Positions 26,585 through 26,891 of a DNA stretch of 26,891 nucleotides are shown here, in pieces. The stretch spans positions 1 through 26,891 of the forward strand of contig JAWCKZ010000002.1 of NCBI GenBank assembly GCA_038851325.1, in the 5' to 3' direction. Origin of the DNA: Candidatus Bilamarchaeaceae archaeon. Lineage in GTDB: Archaea > Micrarchaeota > Micrarchaeia > Anstonellales > Bilamarchaeaceae. The notes under the pieces are model-generated. The model did no database searches. It was not told the DNA's origin and worked only from the letters and a program-made list of their open reading frames with translations. Position numbers and translations under genes: made by a program. Within the stretch, counting starts at the first letter, position 1. Every line of letters starts with the position of its first letter.

Positions 26585-26700
26585 ATAATCATGCACAGAT
26601 TTTTCTTTATCTCTAATCTGTTTGACAATTTCTTCGCGAGTATGACCTATTGCGTTTTTGTGCATGATTGTTGTGCCATGTAGAAAACTAATATCTTCAT
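26585..26700 (-). pseudogene. Frameshifted 5' remnant of a conserved hypothetical gene, in frame ahead of the methyltransferase
   Basis: ATG 26700 lies 21-30 nt from TATA 26721-26730 and reads MKILVF. One extra T in the run at 26684-26687 would continue as LHGTTIMHKNAIGHTREEIVKQIRDKEKSVHDY. I recall this as the N-terminus of a conserved hypothetical family (memory, not verified). Confidence 0.45.
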
Positions 26701-26720
26701 ATGAATAGTTAAAAAATTGC

Positions 26721-26730
26721 TTTATATAAA
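26721..26730. promoter_or_regulatory. Palindromic TATA box TTTATATAAA, potentially bidirectional
   Basis: Perfect palindrome, correctly spaced for ATG 26700 (minus strand) and for a plus-strand transcript starting near 26752. Confidence 0.65.
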
Positions 26731-26752
26731 ACTATCGAGGTGGGCGGAGGCG

Positions 26753-26863
26753 GATTGCACATAACATATGCGATTAAGAGAAGTTTTTCGACGATGGAGC
26801 AAAATTTAGGGGGGAATTCGCAGGATTTTTCCTCTTAATCGCTGTTAGGCGGCACAAGCAATT
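26753..26863 (+). ncRNA. Long structured non-coding stem-loop (RNA leader or ncRNA)
   Basis: GCGATTAAGAG (26770-26780)/CTCTTAATCGC (26832-26842), extended by TAACA/TGTTA, AAGTTTT/AGGATTT and GATTGC/GCAATT. The G-U pairs favour the plus strand. Confidence 0.5.
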
Positions 26864-26891
26864 ACAGCATCCTCTCGAGATCCTTCGAATC
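26845..26891 (+). rRNA. Possible 5' part of a divergent 5S rRNA, truncated by the window edge
   Basis: TTAGGCGGC-ACA-AGC...CTCGA-GATCCTT-CGAA-TC parallels the archaeal 5S start (GGCGGC-NNN-AGC ... CGAA in loop C) with near-identical spacing. Only 47 nt are visible. Confidence 0.35.

Noticed and set aside
26739..26760. Minus-strand AATCCGCCTCCGCCCACC resembling a tRNA 3' end or att site
   Set aside because: No matching T-arm 5' strand (GGCGGTTC) or integrase is visible, and G-U pairs of the adjacent hairpin favour a plus-strand RNA. It cannot be fully excluded without flanking sequence.
1..26891. Mobile elements, prophage or CRISPR-Cas
   Set aside because: No transposase, integrase, terminal repeats, viral genes or repeat-spacer arrays were recognised.

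Overview
This window is archaeal. The evidence is TTTAAATA/TTTATA TATA boxes about 25-30 nt before start codons, GGTGA-type SD sites, Dim2/Pno1, Nre and RtcB genes, and tRNAs with BHB introns and no encoded CCA. Multi-intron tRNAs, very compact packing and many orphan genes suggest a DPANN/Micrarchaeota-like genome (inference only). From left to right: two tandem paralogous acidic surface lipoproteins; a HEAT-protein/KH(Dim2)/sufS/rtcB operon; pcm; a degenerate nucleotidyltransferase divergent from a greatly enlarged class IV aminotransferase; an APC permease; dtxR-feoA fusion plus feoB with a palindromic operator; a six-gene cluster, pta-ackA-acpS converging on thiolase-DUF35-ACP; a split and order-swapped AAA_33/COG2187 kinase pair; a CPA2 antiporter; tRNA-Asn(GTT) and tRNA-Leu(CAG), each with two introns; purN; nre; an orphan SPPY DNA methyltransferase behind a frameshifted gene remnant; and a structured RNA at the right edge that may lead into a divergent 5S rRNA. 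The best candidate for an undescribed system is the six-gene cluster. It looks like an archaeal acyl-carrier-protein-based acetyl-transfer module, with an atypical basic ACP (K-S-M instead of D-S-L), a diverged AcpS and a Pta apparently lacking one CoA-binding Arg. All family assignments come from motif recognition by eye; no searches were run.
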